DNA of 36,575 bases. Source: a virus. Its lineage: Duplodnaviria > Caudoviricetes. A program made the position numbers and the translations under genes. Below are positions 23,239-32,789 of this stretch, in pieces. Numbering within the stretch: the stretch's first letter is position 1; each line of letters opens with the position of its first letter. Under the pieces are notes generated by a model, which did not search any database, was not told the origin of the DNA, and saw only the letters and a program-made list of their open reading frames with translations. The DNA is taken from IMG/VR virus record IMGVR_UViG_3300038321_000208, positions 1-36,575 of that record. One strand, 5' to 3'.

Positions 23239-23486
23239 TACGCTTTAACCTCCTTCTTTTTGTACTTTTCGATGATCATTTTGGCGTCATTTTTGGTGTA
23301 CGCCGTCTTGCCAGCCGTGCGAAGCGCGGCCCGGACCACGTCCGGCGTCGCACCCATCGTCTTGGAAGCCGCCGCGAATTCGTCGATGGAATATGTGCTC
23401 GCTTTCGGGACGGAATTTGCTGCCGGCTTGGCCGGGGCGTTTACGGCGGCGGCTTTAGGGGCTGCCGTGCTGTTTCCGCTTGCCAT
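23238..23486 (-). CDS. Hypothetical phage protein
   Basis: 82 aa, translationally coupled to the sheath gene. Confidence 0.7.
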   Translation of the reverse strand: MASGNSTAAPKAAAVNAPAKPAANSVPKASTYSIDEFAAASKTMGATPDVVRAALRTAGKTAYTKNDAKMIIEKYKKKEVKA

Positions 23487-23498
23487 TTTTCAAGCCTC

Positions 23499-24383
23499 CT
23501 AACTGATTTTGATGATTTTAAGCGGCGTTCCCCCGCCGACCTGGGCCTGAAGAACGCCATATGAACCAATGACCGTGATCTGGCCGTCCCGGAGCGGATC
23601 CGCGCCATTGTCGATACGCATGCTGCGAATGGTCAGCGGGGAGCCGTCCGCGAACAAAAGCCGCTGCCCTTGACATATCACTTGTCCGAGCCGCTTTACG
23701 ATGCTGTTGCGGCGCGTCTGCGAAGGAGCGAATACATGCCCCTGCATCGTTACCTGGAGCCACGCGACGGCCCAGCTGTCATAGTTTGACATGGCCGGAT
23801 CGCTCCGAACGTCGGAAGATCGCCAGTAGATTGCCGGGGCCGCGTCTGTCGGAGCCCAAGCGTTGTCCAGAGTGTCCACCCCGATGACCTTCGCGTCTGG
23901 GGACTGTTTTTTGGTTCCGGTGTTTATCACCGCCACCGGGTCCATGCTGTCTTCGACGTTCTGCACCGGGAACGCATAAAGGTCATAGGTGTGGGTGCAG
24001 CCGAAGACGCTGTGGCTTTCGTCGGTTGTGAAATTGTCAGACCTCAGCCACCGCGCCGCGACCGCGTTTCCATCATCGGACGAAAAAAAATAGCCGTCGA
24101 TGGCGGCTTTCAGGACGGGCGAGATGGCGTCGAACTGGGTGCTTGAATCCGTGCTCTCAACATCGATCCGCAGGGTCCCGGTCGTTTTCCGCGCCGGCGA
24201 CGCCTCCGTGTCGATGTCATAGATGATCCGGCTGAACTGCTTCCCGCTCCAGTTTTTATCCTTGTCGCCCGGAGCGGTCTGCTCGAATATCGCTGGCTTG
24301 CCGTTATATGTCGCCAGCATGGGGCCGAGCGTCTTGTCGGCGATCAGGTGAGACAGCAGCTGGCTTTCAATCACTTCGCCCAC
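23499..24383 (-). CDS. Putative tail completion/terminator protein
   Basis: 294 aa; position between neck and sheath. Confidence 0.6.
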   Translation of the reverse strand: MGEVIESQLLSHLIADKTLGPMLATYNGKPAIFEQTAPGDKDKNWSGKQFSRIIYDIDTEASPARKTTGTLRIDVESTDSSTQFDAISPVLKAAIDGYFFSSDDGNAVAARWLRSDNFTTDESHSVFGCTHTYDLYAFPVQNVEDSMDPVAVINTGTKKQSPDAKVIGVDTLDNAWAPTDAAPAIYWRSSDVRSDPAMSNYDSWAVAWLQVTMQGHVFAPSQTRRNSIVKRLGQVICQGQRLLFADGSPLTIRSMRIDNGADPLRDGQITVIGSYGVLQAQVGGGTPLKIIKIS

Positions 24384-24392
24384 CTCCTGCCG

Positions 24393-24842
24393 CTAAAAAT
24401 ACGGGCGGCTATAAATATGGTCGATCTGCTTTTGTGACTTTTCACGCACTAGCTTCATATAGGGCCGAGGCTTCATTTTTCCTTTTGGCGTACCATCTTC
24501 AAGCATACGGCCAAGGACACGGCCACCAACTTTATAGGTGCTGATCGCGTTTGAATGCACTTCGATATTATCTCCGACGCCCTCCGTATGGGTTTCCGGC
24601 CGCCACGACGCCCGGAAGATGCCGGTTCTGTTGGCCGGTGGCTCCCCGGGTACCGATGCGGTATAGTGCCGCTTGGTGTTCGGGATCAGATAGGTGCGGC
24701 CGCTGCGCCGGCCACGAAGCACGAGCTGCGTGTTATTATAAAGGACGGTGGCCGCCGAAAAGCCGCGAGCGATCATCTGATTTTCGATATGCATCTTAAT
24801 GCCGCTGCGAATTTCCTCAATCTTTGCCGCCGCATCATCCAT
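24393..24842 (-). CDS. Neck protein (HK97 gp10-like)
   Basis: AS.PGEPPA.RTG and LEDGT..M.PRPY motifs. Confidence 0.8.
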   Translation of the reverse strand: MDDAAAKIEEIRSGIKMHIENQMIARGFSAATVLYNNTQLVLRGRRSGRTYLIPNTKRHYTASVPGEPPANRTGIFRASWRPETHTEGVGDNIEVHSNAISTYKVGGRVLGRMLEDGTPKGKMKPRPYMKLVREKSQKQIDHIYSRPYF

Positions 24843-25191
24843 CTAACCCATCCCTTTCCTGACAGAAATAGATCACGTACTGATATAGATCCCCAGGATT
24901 TTTGACCCCCTGCACGTAGAAGTAACGTGTTTTCATGCCCGATCCCTCTATGGTGAGGACATCTTCCGCCTCCGCCACGGTGTCAGGGTCTTCCTGCACA
25001 ATCTTACAGGTAATCGGGTGGTCGATCTGCTTCCAGGCCTGTATCTCCTGGGGGGTCGCGTCGGAGAGAATACCTTCGAGCGTCCCGCAAGGCGTCAGGC
25101 CCGAACTCTTTGGGCGCCCGCCAGGCGTTGTATCGCTCTGCTTTGAATAGCACTTGAACTCCTGCCACCCATCGCCAGGCCGCAAAAACAT
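24835..25191 (-). CDS. Head closure / head-tail joining protein
   Basis: W.Q..HPIT..IVQ and R.FYVQGV.NPG motifs; synteny. Confidence 0.7.
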   Translation of the reverse strand: MFLRPGDGWQEFKCYSKQSDTTPGGRPKSSGLTPCGTLEGILSDATPQEIQAWKQIDHPITCKIVQEDPDTVAEAEDVLTIEGSGMKTRYFYVQGVKNPGDLYQYVIYFCQERDGLDG

Positions 25192-25198
25192 GGGGATA

Positions 25199-25636
25199 TC
25201 ACCCCTTCCAGTTGTTGGCGAGCATGTTCGGGTAGAAATAGGCCGGGCCGCTCAGGGCGTCAGCGTTTCCGCTGGGGATTCCTCCCGCAAGCTGGCTTTT
25301 CAGCTTGTCACGCATCTGGAGCCAGCGGTCGGCGCGGGCCGAAAGAGAGTAAGAAAGCCCGCCGACCGAGGTATCAACCTCATAGGCGAGCTTCATCACG
25401 ATTGCTTCCAGGCAGGCCAGCTTTGCGAGGTTCCATGACGCTTTGCCTGTTATCATGGCGTTGTACTCTTCATCGCACAGCGCCGAGGTCCGGGCATTCC
25501 CGTGGACATCCGTATCGCCAAGCTCAAAGCGCATCTGGTTGATGCCCTTGTCCTGGCATTTGGACGGGGTATAGGAATATGTCACCCCTGCCTCGTCCGG
25601 AAGGGCGCTATTTTGTACTTCCTGCATCTTCTCCAC
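25199..25636 (-). CDS. Head-tail connector/adaptor protein
   Basis: MRFELGDT.V and L.DEEY motifs; start codon uncertain. Confidence 0.7.
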   Translation of the reverse strand: MEKMQEVQNSALPDEAGVTYSYTPSKCQDKGINQMRFELGDTDVHGNARTSALCDEEYNAMITGKASWNLAKLACLEAIVMKLAYEVDTSVGGLSYSLSARADRWLQMRDKLKSQLAGGIPSGNADALSGPAYFYPNMLANNWKG

Positions 25637-25982
25637 CGCCGTTCGCTGGCGTATTGAACGCTTCCTGCACCGCCTTGCGGCCGTCGATGAGCTTCAGGTA
25701 ATCCAACAGCGGCTGCGAGGTGATCGCCGGGACAGACTTTGCCGCATTCGCCGGGGTCTGCTGCAGAAAAACCAGCGCCGCCTTGACATCTGCCGGTTCG
25801 AGGTCGACGGTCGAAATACTCCCGTCACTCCCGAGAATCGGCGCGGGCACGGCCTTGCTGGGGATCCGCTTTATAAACCCGGTGGCTTCCAGACGGTGCG
25901 AAGTAACGCAATCGTCCGGAATTTCGTCATTGATGCGGTAGTCATGGCCGGCAATACGCACGGGGCGCAATGCGATATACAT
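25608..25982 (-). CDS. Hypothetical head-associated protein
   Basis: MYIALRPVRIAG..Y...DEIP; ATG overlaps the capsid stop. Confidence 0.65.
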   Translation of the reverse strand: MYIALRPVRIAGHDYRINDEIPDDCVTSHRLEATGFIKRIPSKAVPAPILGSDGSISTVDLEPADVKAALVFLQQTPANAAKSVPAITSQPLLDYLKLIDGRKAVQEAFNTPANGGGEDAGSTK

Positions 25983-27010
25983 TACACACACCCCTTCAGG
26001 AAGATACCGAGATCGTCAGCAGTCTTTTTGGTGGAAACGCCCATGAGGCCCTCAATGAACTCCGAGTGCGTGCCGTTTTCACCGGGATACTGAAGAACCG
26101 GCATATAATTGCCGTCGCCGAGCATGTCCCAGGTGAACATATAGCCGGCAGAGGGTTCGTCGACCGCAGGGGCATCCGTCGCGTAAACCAGCAGCGCGGA
26201 AGCCGGATCGCAGATGAATTCCATGTCTTCCGGCGCCCCGAATTTCGCCGCATTGTAGGTAGAGCCGAAAACGGCAACCTTCTGAAGCCCGAACATTTCC
26301 GCCAGAACATTTTCATTGACGATGGCCGGGTTGGCGGTGCTCCCGCCATATTTCACGTGGTCGAGGATGATCGGGTTTTCCTTGAGGGCGTTGAATGCGT
26401 CCTCACCGAGCCCCAGCTTGTTAGGCGCGCGGCGGCCTTTCTTTTTCATGCGGGTCCGGAGATCGTCGAACAGCTTGATGGGGTCGCAATTGGCGTCGGA
26501 GAATTTGATGAATGCATGGCTGTCCGGAGTGTAAGCCGCGCCGCCAGTCCATTCGTCGGTCCAGGCGCCGGCCTTGAAAAAGCCGTTTGCAAATACAATA
26601 TCCTGATGGATATTCATCTGCTCCGCAATCGTGCGGGTCTTGGCCTTGCGCGGGTCGCTGGCGCCGGGAACGGGCTGCCGCTGGATATTGGTCTGTGCGA
26701 TCTGGTCGATCCCGAGGATGATCTGGTCGATTGCGACGGAATACGTCTCCAGATGGTTGCTGATGACGGTGGGCGCCACCCTGCCGAGAGCAGGCTTGCG
26801 GCGGACATTGTCGCGGGCGAGATCCGCACGCTCAAAAACATAATAGGCCGCCGTGGAAAGCTGGACGGGCAGGATCGGGAAAAGCTGCTTGGCCACATAG
26901 GCGTCCAACGCCTGATAGTAGGCCATGGTCATGTTGGTCAGAACGACGTTGGGATGAAAAAGGCCCTTGGCGATCTGATTCTGAATGGAACTTGCAGTTA
27001 CTTCATTCAT
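25982..27010 (-). CDS. Major capsid protein
   Basis: 342 aa; P...LTN...AY.Q....YVA..LFP..PV motif of XkdG/gpE-like capsids; GGAGG RBS. Confidence 0.88.
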   Translation of the reverse strand: MNEVTASSIQNQIAKGLFHPNVVLTNMTMAYYQALDAYVAKQLFPILPVQLSTAAYYVFERADLARDNVRRKPALGRVAPTVISNHLETYSVAIDQIILGIDQIAQTNIQRQPVPGASDPRKAKTRTIAEQMNIHQDIVFANGFFKAGAWTDEWTGGAAYTPDSHAFIKFSDANCDPIKLFDDLRTRMKKKGRRAPNKLGLGEDAFNALKENPIILDHVKYGGSTANPAIVNENVLAEMFGLQKVAVFGSTYNAAKFGAPEDMEFICDPASALLVYATDAPAVDEPSAGYMFTWDMLGDGNYMPVLQYPGENGTHSEFIEGLMGVSTKKTADDLGIFLKGCV

Positions 27011-27024
27011 TGATGATTACCTCC

Positions 27025-27450
27025 TTAGGCGATTGTGACGTGGTATTTGGTGATCTGGACGAACACGAACGCTCCGGACGCTGCGGACTCCAGGGCGGTG
27101 GCTACGACATAACCGGTAGCTGCGGCCGGAATAAGGTTCCCGGTGGCGTCGGTCGTAAGCTGCGCGCCGGCCGTGATGGCGGCGCCGGCCTTGCCGTAAC
27201 CCATTTCTTTCACCTGAATGTCGACGTCCTCACCGGCCTTGACCGCACCATCGGTGCCGTCCATCGTGTTGCTTGCCCCGGCCGTGAGCAGCCCGATGCC
27301 GATGATCGGTTTCGTGACATCGGACGCGACAACGGCGTTGCCGTTGCTGTCGAGGGCGATGGCACGGCCGCGCACATCAGCGATATCGGCCGCTGCCGGC
27401 TTCGTGATCGTGACGCTCTCCTGAATGCCGGAAGTTGTATAGGTAGCCAT
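27025..27450 (-). CDS. Capsid decoration/cement protein
   Basis: Ala/Gly-rich; AG.AI.AG..L..DA.G and ALE.A motifs; precedes the MCP. Confidence 0.75.
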   Translation of the reverse strand: MATYTTSGIQESVTITKPAAADIADVRGRAIALDSNGNAVVASDVTKPIIGIGLLTAGASNTMDGTDGAVKAGEDVDIQVKEMGYGKAGAAITAGAQLTTDATGNLIPAAATGYVVATALESAASGAFVFVQITKYHVTIA

Positions 27451-28598
27451 TATGCTTTGCCTCCTTCATAGTCCTTTTCATAGGCGGCTTCGAGCTCCGG
27501 ATGGAGTTCAAAGGCTTTTGCCATGGCCTGCTGCTGCGTCATCTTCGGATCCTTTTCCCGGATGGATTTTGCAATTTCCTCGGCCTTCTGGACAGAGCCG
27601 GTCGCCGCTTCGTAGTGGTGGTTCGATTTGCCGATCTCGCCGAACAGGCCGGAATCGCTCTTCTGAACTGCGTCAAGTGCTTTGTCGAGCGCGCCGACAT
27701 AAGCGTCATAGGCCGCCTGTCCCGACGCCTTCATCGTGCAGAGCGTCTTGGCGAGATCTTCCGGCTTTTCGCCGAGTGGCGCGTATTTTTTGGCGACGTC
27801 CTGCATTTCTTTTTCTTCCTGTTGCTGCAGGTTTTTCTCAAGCCGTTCGGACAGCGCGTTCATCCGGCTGATGGCTTTCTGGACGGCCGGGTCTTTGGAA
27901 ACGGGGTCCTTATCATCTGCCGGAGCAGCTGCCGAGGAAGTTCCCGGGGCCGGTTCGGAAGCGGCAGGAGCGGCGGGATCGGTCGCGGGCGCCGGGTCTA
28001 TTTCGTCAGGCTTGGCGTCGGCGGACTTTTTCGCGGGTGCCGGCTTCGGGTCGCTGTCTTTCTGGGCGGCAGCGGGTTTCTTTGCGGCGGGCTTCACTTT
28101 CCCGAGCAGCCCTTTAAAGGTTTTCTGGTCCTCTGCCGACAGCGCGGAGAGGTCGAAAGTCGATTCATCCATGTCATTGTCTCCTTTTTTTGTTTTATTG
28201 AAATTTTCATCAGCGGGGGTGAACAAAGTTCCAATCCAGTCGGTCATGGCATCGTTGAACTCGGAGAGGCTCTGAAGCAGAAGGTCGCGCTTTGTGGAAT
28301 CATCCTGTTCTCCGTCCTCCAAAATGCTCTGAATACTGGAATAAAACGCATCCTGGTACTGATAGAAGGTCCTGCGCGTTTCTTGTGTGCCTTCCACGTT
28401 GTCGAACGTCTGCGCATCCTTCCGCACTCCGGATAAGGTATCTTTTATCCGTGACCACGCCCTGCTGACCGGCGAAGGGGTCGGTTCTGCGTCGGCGCTT
28501 TTGTATAGCGTGATTTTTGCGTCAGGATTTGCTCCCTGCTGACAAAGATCAACGCTTGTGAGATGGATATTCTTGAGCTTGGTTTTAGCCACGTTCAT
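27450..28598 (-). CDS. Capsid scaffold-like protein
   Basis: V.L...GANP.A.I.L.K N-terminus, Pro/Ala-rich linker, coiled-coil, F.EIGKS motif. Confidence 0.7.
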   Translation of the reverse strand: MNVAKTKLKNIHLTSVDLCQQGANPDAKITLYKSADAEPTPSPVSRAWSRIKDTLSGVRKDAQTFDNVEGTQETRRTFYQYQDAFYSSIQSILEDGEQDDSTKRDLLLQSLSEFNDAMTDWIGTLFTPADENFNKTKKGDNDMDESTFDLSALSAEDQKTFKGLLGKVKPAAKKPAAAQKDSDPKPAPAKKSADAKPDEIDPAPATDPAAPAASEPAPGTSSAAAPADDKDPVSKDPAVQKAISRMNALSERLEKNLQQQEEKEMQDVAKKYAPLGEKPEDLAKTLCTMKASGQAAYDAYVGALDKALDAVQKSDSGLFGEIGKSNHHYEAATGSVQKAEEIAKSIREKDPKMTQQQAMAKAFELHPELEAAYEKDYEGGKA

Positions 28599-29077
28599 TC
28601 ACCTCCTTCCTCGCCCGAATCGTCTTCAGACGCGGGAACGCGGGACCCTTGCCCCTCGATGCTGAACATGCGATAGGTGCCGTCCTTGATTTTTTCCCAC
28701 GCATCATCGTCATCGACATAAAATCCAATCCACCAGCCGAGCGGCACGGCATCAGAGTCGAGGCCCATCGCCGTGAGTTTATCGGGGGTAAAGACGCAGC
28801 TCTCGACAAGCCTGGCGATCTGCCTGCGGGCCGGATCGTGCTCCTCCCCGCCGTCGCGGAAGTCGAGCACGTATTCATAGACGGCACTCTCGAGCTCGTC
28901 CGGGTCGATCATATCCTGTTGCAGATCGACTATCTGCTCCCCATCCGTGCGCACGGCGACATTGGCCCAGCCAAACACAAGGCGTTTATCATCATCCGTT
29001 TTGAGGATTTGAAACGCTCCAGGAGCATTCTTCTGCGCTTTCAGAATTTCTTTGAAGGTCTTTCCAAATGCGCCCAT
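28595..29077 (-). CDS. Prohead serine protease-like protein (XkdF-like)
   Basis: K.DD.KRLVFGWA, D.Q.D.I, GWWIGF and G.Y.MFSIEG motifs; start MGAFGK after GAGGTG. Confidence 0.85.
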   Translation of the reverse strand: MGAFGKTFKEILKAQKNAPGAFQILKTDDDKRLVFGWANVAVRTDGEQIVDLQQDMIDPDELESAVYEYVLDFRDGGEEHDPARRQIARLVESCVFTPDKLTAMGLDSDAVPLGWWIGFYVDDDDAWEKIKDGTYRMFSIEGQGSRVPASEDDSGEEGGE

Positions 29078-29099
29078 TTTGACACCTCGCTTATAAAAT

Positions 29100-30017
29100 T
29101 TACGCCACACCTTCTGATGGCTCTTCGACTTCCTCATAAAGCGTGGTGCAGCGGCAGTGCGGATGCGCCGGGGGAACCCGCGTTGTGCCGTGGGATTTCG
29201 GAAGCTTCGTCGAAAATTCAAAATCTTCGTCCATCTCGATGCTTTTTCCATCAAGAGCGCCACAGATCTCACAAGTGCGTTCGTCATCTGCCGTACACCA
29301 TACCTTATTGACACGGCCCATGTATCCTTTCGCCTGCGCCTGCCGGATCGTTTCATACTCGGCGTGATTGTAAGCCATCGCAGATTCCGTCCGGGCTATC
29401 ATCTGCGCCCGGTATCGGTGCTGCTGTTCAGCATACTTGATTGACCGCTGCGCGGCTTTTTCAGGCTTCATCCCGTTTTCCAACAGGCGGTTATAATAAT
29501 TCTGGTTTGCAACTACCTGCGGGCGCGTAAGGCCTACCATGGGGCGGATAACCTTCGCCAGCTCGTCCACCCCGATATCCTCATGGTAAACCGAGTGCCT
29601 CAGTGCCGCCCGAATTCCGGCCTTTGTTTCTTTGGAACAGCCGGTAACGAAATCGGCCGCCCTGTTTTCCGTCCATTTTCGGACGGCCTGGGCGGCCGGA
29701 TCGAACTGAAAGCCGGGGCGCTTCGCGCTCACCTGCTCGGAAGCAACCTCGAAGGCCTCGTCCCACACTGGCTGAAGCGCGTCGGCGACGAACATAGCAT
29801 AGGTCTGCTGCCATTGGAGAAATACCTGCTTAGGGATTTTCCCGCTCAATAAGGCCTCCCGTATGTCCTTGTAGGATATGTTACTATCGTCACGGCCGCC
29901 AACGATAAACCGCTTTAGATCCGGCTCCCAGCTGTCCATGAACTTCCGCAGACGATTCAGCGCTTCACTGCGCGGATCGAGCACGTCTTTCCGCAGTGTT
30001 CCGAAAAGTAGTATCAT
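29100..30017 (-). CDS. Minor head/morphogenesis protein (Mu gpF/SPP1 gp7-like)
   Basis: RA.MIARTE, K.W.TA.DERTC..C..L.G and PPAHP.CRC motifs. Confidence 0.88.
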   Translation of the reverse strand: MILLFGTLRKDVLDPRSEALNRLRKFMDSWEPDLKRFIVGGRDDSNISYKDIREALLSGKIPKQVFLQWQQTYAMFVADALQPVWDEAFEVASEQVSAKRPGFQFDPAAQAVRKWTENRAADFVTGCSKETKAGIRAALRHSVYHEDIGVDELAKVIRPMVGLTRPQVVANQNYYNRLLENGMKPEKAAQRSIKYAEQQHRYRAQMIARTESAMAYNHAEYETIRQAQAKGYMGRVNKVWCTADDERTCEICGALDGKSIEMDEDFEFSTKLPKSHGTTRVPPAHPHCRCTTLYEEVEEPSEGVA

Positions 30018-31375
30018 GCTTCTTCACCATCCACCCCGGATTCATCCTCCAGCTGGTCGGAATCGTTGCTCACATCGCGGGCTTCTGGCTCGGTTTCGGG
30101 CGTGGTTTCGTCTACCGGGGGCGTATTGGTCGGATAGTCATCCGTGCGATCCGGCAAATGAGCCGCCTGACGTAGATAATCCTCAAGGCCTCCATCAGGC
30201 GTCAGGGCACCGCATCCGACCATCTGATTCACAAACGAGCCGAGCGCTTTCAGGTCCACGTTTTCGACATCGCCGTGCGTCATGGTTGGGTAGTCGGAAA
30301 AGCCGTCGAAGTGGTCCGCATTCAGGTCGATCAGGCGCGGAATCGCCTGGGTATTGAACACATCGCAGATGATATCCAGATATGTTCCCATCGCCGTGCC
30401 GAAAAGCTCCGTTTTATCGGAGGAAAGGGCAAAGCTCCCGGTACTTTGCTGCCCAAGGAGGATGAAATCGGCGAGGGTTGTCATGGCGATGCGCTTGTCG
30501 TATCGCTCAATGATCTTACCGGTATCAAAATTTCGCTTGCCACCGGCAGAAAGCAATTCCAGCTTCCAGCCTTCCGGCACGACCAGACCTTCCCGTGTAT
30601 CACGGCGAATGGACGTAACAATTGTTTCAGCATTGTGAAGTTTTTTCTGCGCTTCTTCGGATCCGCCCCAGATATCAGCGTCAGGCGGCGCGGTCATAAT
30701 CGGGAAGCCGGCGAGGTCGCGTTCGACGCCAATGCCCTCAATTTCCTGAATGCGTTTCTTGAAATACCACGAGCGGTAAGCCCCACGCAGGATTGACCGA
30801 CCTTCAGGGTTTTCTTTATTCGACCGCGTGCGGAAGTGCAGCGCCTTTTCAATCGGGATCATCACTTCCGTATAGGTGGGCGGCGCGGTCTGCACCATTC
30901 CCTGCAATTCGTCCGTTACCGGATCGTATTGCCACCGTGAAAGCGTGTCCTGCGCGCGGATTGGGAGCTTGCGCCACCCTATCAGACCATCGTCGTACTT
31001 GCTGGAGTATCGAGGATCTTTTGATCGCCCGCCACGGCGTTTATAAACAATCTCGTGATATGACCAACCATATGTAAGAAAGGAGAGGATCTCGGAAAGC
31101 GTGTCCTGCCATGTGTACTGCATGTCATTGAGGCACGAATCCACGAAATCCGCCGCGTCCTTATCGACGCCTTTGCTGCTGGCAGGCTCCACATTGAACT
31201 TCGTCTGCCGGAGCAGCATTTCGATGGCATACAGCATGGCGAATATGATTTCGTCGTTGTTTGCCATCTCCTTGTAGGTCTCAATGCCGCGCGTCCCCGA
31301 CAGCTCCGGCAGAAATTCCTCATAAAAGATGCCGGCGTATTTCTTTTGACCGACACGTCCAATTTCCTGTGGCGT
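30014..31375 (-). CDS. Portal protein
   Basis: Follows terL; YGWSYHEIVYK and NPEGRSILR.AYRSWYFK motifs. The frame extends 36 codons upstream of the ORF-track ATG to an ACG codon after AGGTG. Confidence 0.85.
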   Translation of the reverse strand, partial: TPQEIGRVGQKKYAGIFYEEFLPELSGTRGIETYKEMANNDEIIFAMLYAIEMLLRQTKFNVEPASSKGVDKDAADFVDSCLNDMQYTWQDTLSEILSFLTYGWSYHEIVYKRRGGRSKDPRYSSKYDDGLIGWRKLPIRAQDTLSRWQYDPVTDELQGMVQTAPPTYTEVMIPIEKALHFRTRSNKENPEGRSILRGAYRSWYFKKRIQEIEGIGVERDLAGFPIMTAPPDADIWGGSEEAQKKLHNAETIVTSIRRDTREGLVVPEGWKLELLSAGGKRNFDTGKIIERYDKRIAMTTLADFILLGQQSTGSFALSSDKTELFGTAMGTYLDIICDVFNTQAIPRLIDLNADHFDGFSDYPTMTHGDVENVDLKALGSFVNQMVGCGALTPDGGLEDYLRQAAHLPDRTDDYPTNTPPVDETTPETEPEARDVSNDSDQLEDESGVDGEEA

Positions 31376-31379
31376 AATA

Positions 31380-32789
31380 TCACCTGCCTATCCAATAGCT
31401 TGATTTTGTATTCCCTAAGTTCTGCGGCGGTGGACCGCCTGTATAACCGTTCTGCAGCTCCGCGAACCCATCAGAGGAAGCATCGACCTGGTCCTTAAAT
31501 TTGCCTTCAGGAAAGCCCTCCAGCTCGTTCAGATAATCTTCATTCCAAGGTCCGAGGACAACATCGACATTTCCGTGCTGCCATTGCGCGGCGAATGGTT
31601 CCGCTCGTGCTTCTTTCGAGCCAGTCTCACGCTCTGTGACAACAGAAAAACCAGACAGGAACTTAATAAAGTTCTCTGCCTGGTCCTTCCCGGCCTGCCC
31701 CGGGTCCTGTGGGAGCCTTATCTTGACATGCCTATATGTTTTCTTATCTATACGGGCGGTCGCTAAAATATGGTCTCTGGCCTTACCGGCGCTCAAACGT
31801 GCGCGGGTTACGTCGCCAATAACATATCGCCCACAGCGGCGTTTACCAATTAGGACACCCGCTGTGTAGGCCGGGTCGCCGTTTTCGTCGGTATCCGTGG
31901 CCGCCAAATCCCAGCAGCGCACCCAACGCACAACATCATCCGGTATGGCGTCGAGCCAGCCGTCTGTCGGTACCTGCGACCGTTTAAAGAACAATCCAGC
32001 TGCCGGTTTGATCTTCCAGTTCCCCTTGAGCAACCGTTCCCGGTCAATCAGCGCCATAGCTTTCAGGTTTGCCATATAACCGGGATCGTTGTCCATCAGA
32101 ATTTTGTTGTCTTGGACACTGGATGCGATAAATGTCACGCTTTTACAGTCTTCCGGTTCGCATCTCGTCTTCTCAACCAGTTCGGCAGGCGTATCACCCC
32201 AATGAATAACATCGTTGATTCGTACCATGTAACGGATAACGCCGCTGCGCTCTGGAATTGCATAACCAGTCTTAGGGTTCCACCACCATTGAATAAATTC
32301 TGAAACCCATGAATCCGAGTCCGGATTAGTAGTTGCCCGGAGATAAGGCCTCACACCACATACAGAACGATTTCGAGAAAGCATGTAAAAAAACTGCAGC
32401 CTGCTGAAATGTGTAAGTTCATCGAAACCTATCATAGCAATCTGAGAGCCCTGCCACGATATACGATCCTGATCATATTGCATATGCGCAAATGTCACTT
32501 TTGCTCCAGACGGGAAACGCCATGTGGGCCTTGGAGAAAGCGACGGCCGGCCGTGCGCATATGGATAAATTGACATGGACGTGTCCCAAAGTCCGCCCTC
32601 GTTGGTTATCTGATTAGCGTTGCGCCGGAAAATGACAGCGCCGAAGGACGGATTATCGATATGTCTTAATGGTTCCAGCAGTAACCCATAACTCTTGCCA
32701 CCACCAGCCGCGCCACCATATATCACAATATCCGCTGGGCTTGCAAGAAATCGTTCCTGCGGCCCAGGTTGCGGACCTATTTTAATCAT
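31380..32789 (-). CDS. terL: Terminase large subunit
   Basis: Walker A YGGAAGGGKS, Walker B IGFDELTHF, RATTNP coupling motif, WDLAAT and DQVDA nuclease motifs; start may be up to 30 nt further upstream. Confidence 0.95.
   Translation of the reverse strand: MIKIGPQPGPQERFLASPADIVIYGGAAGGGKSYGLLLEPLRHIDNPSFGAVIFRRNANQITNEGGLWDTSMSIYPYAHGRPSLSPRPTWRFPSGAKVTFAHMQYDQDRISWQGSQIAMIGFDELTHFSRLQFFYMLSRNRSVCGVRPYLRATTNPDSDSWVSEFIQWWWNPKTGYAIPERSGVIRYMVRINDVIHWGDTPAELVEKTRCEPEDCKSVTFIASSVQDNKILMDNDPGYMANLKAMALIDRERLLKGNWKIKPAAGLFFKRSQVPTDGWLDAIPDDVVRWVRCWDLAATDTDENGDPAYTAGVLIGKRRCGRYVIGDVTRARLSAGKARDHILATARIDKKTYRHVKIRLPQDPGQAGKDQAENFIKFLSGFSVVTERETGSKEARAEPFAAQWQHGNVDVVLGPWNEDYLNELEGFPEGKFKDQVDASSDGFAELQNGYTGGPPPQNLGNTKSSYWIGR

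Noticed and set aside
28595-29356. 253-aa version of the prohead protease ORF
   Set aside because: The extension overlaps the minor head gene; RBS and family motifs favour the start at 29077.
16736-31077. Long plus-strand ORFs (e.g. 22276-23502, 27501-28436) and alternative-frame ORFs (e.g. 25970-27013)
   Set aside because: Shadow frames of GC-rich structural genes, fully overlapping well-supported CDSs.
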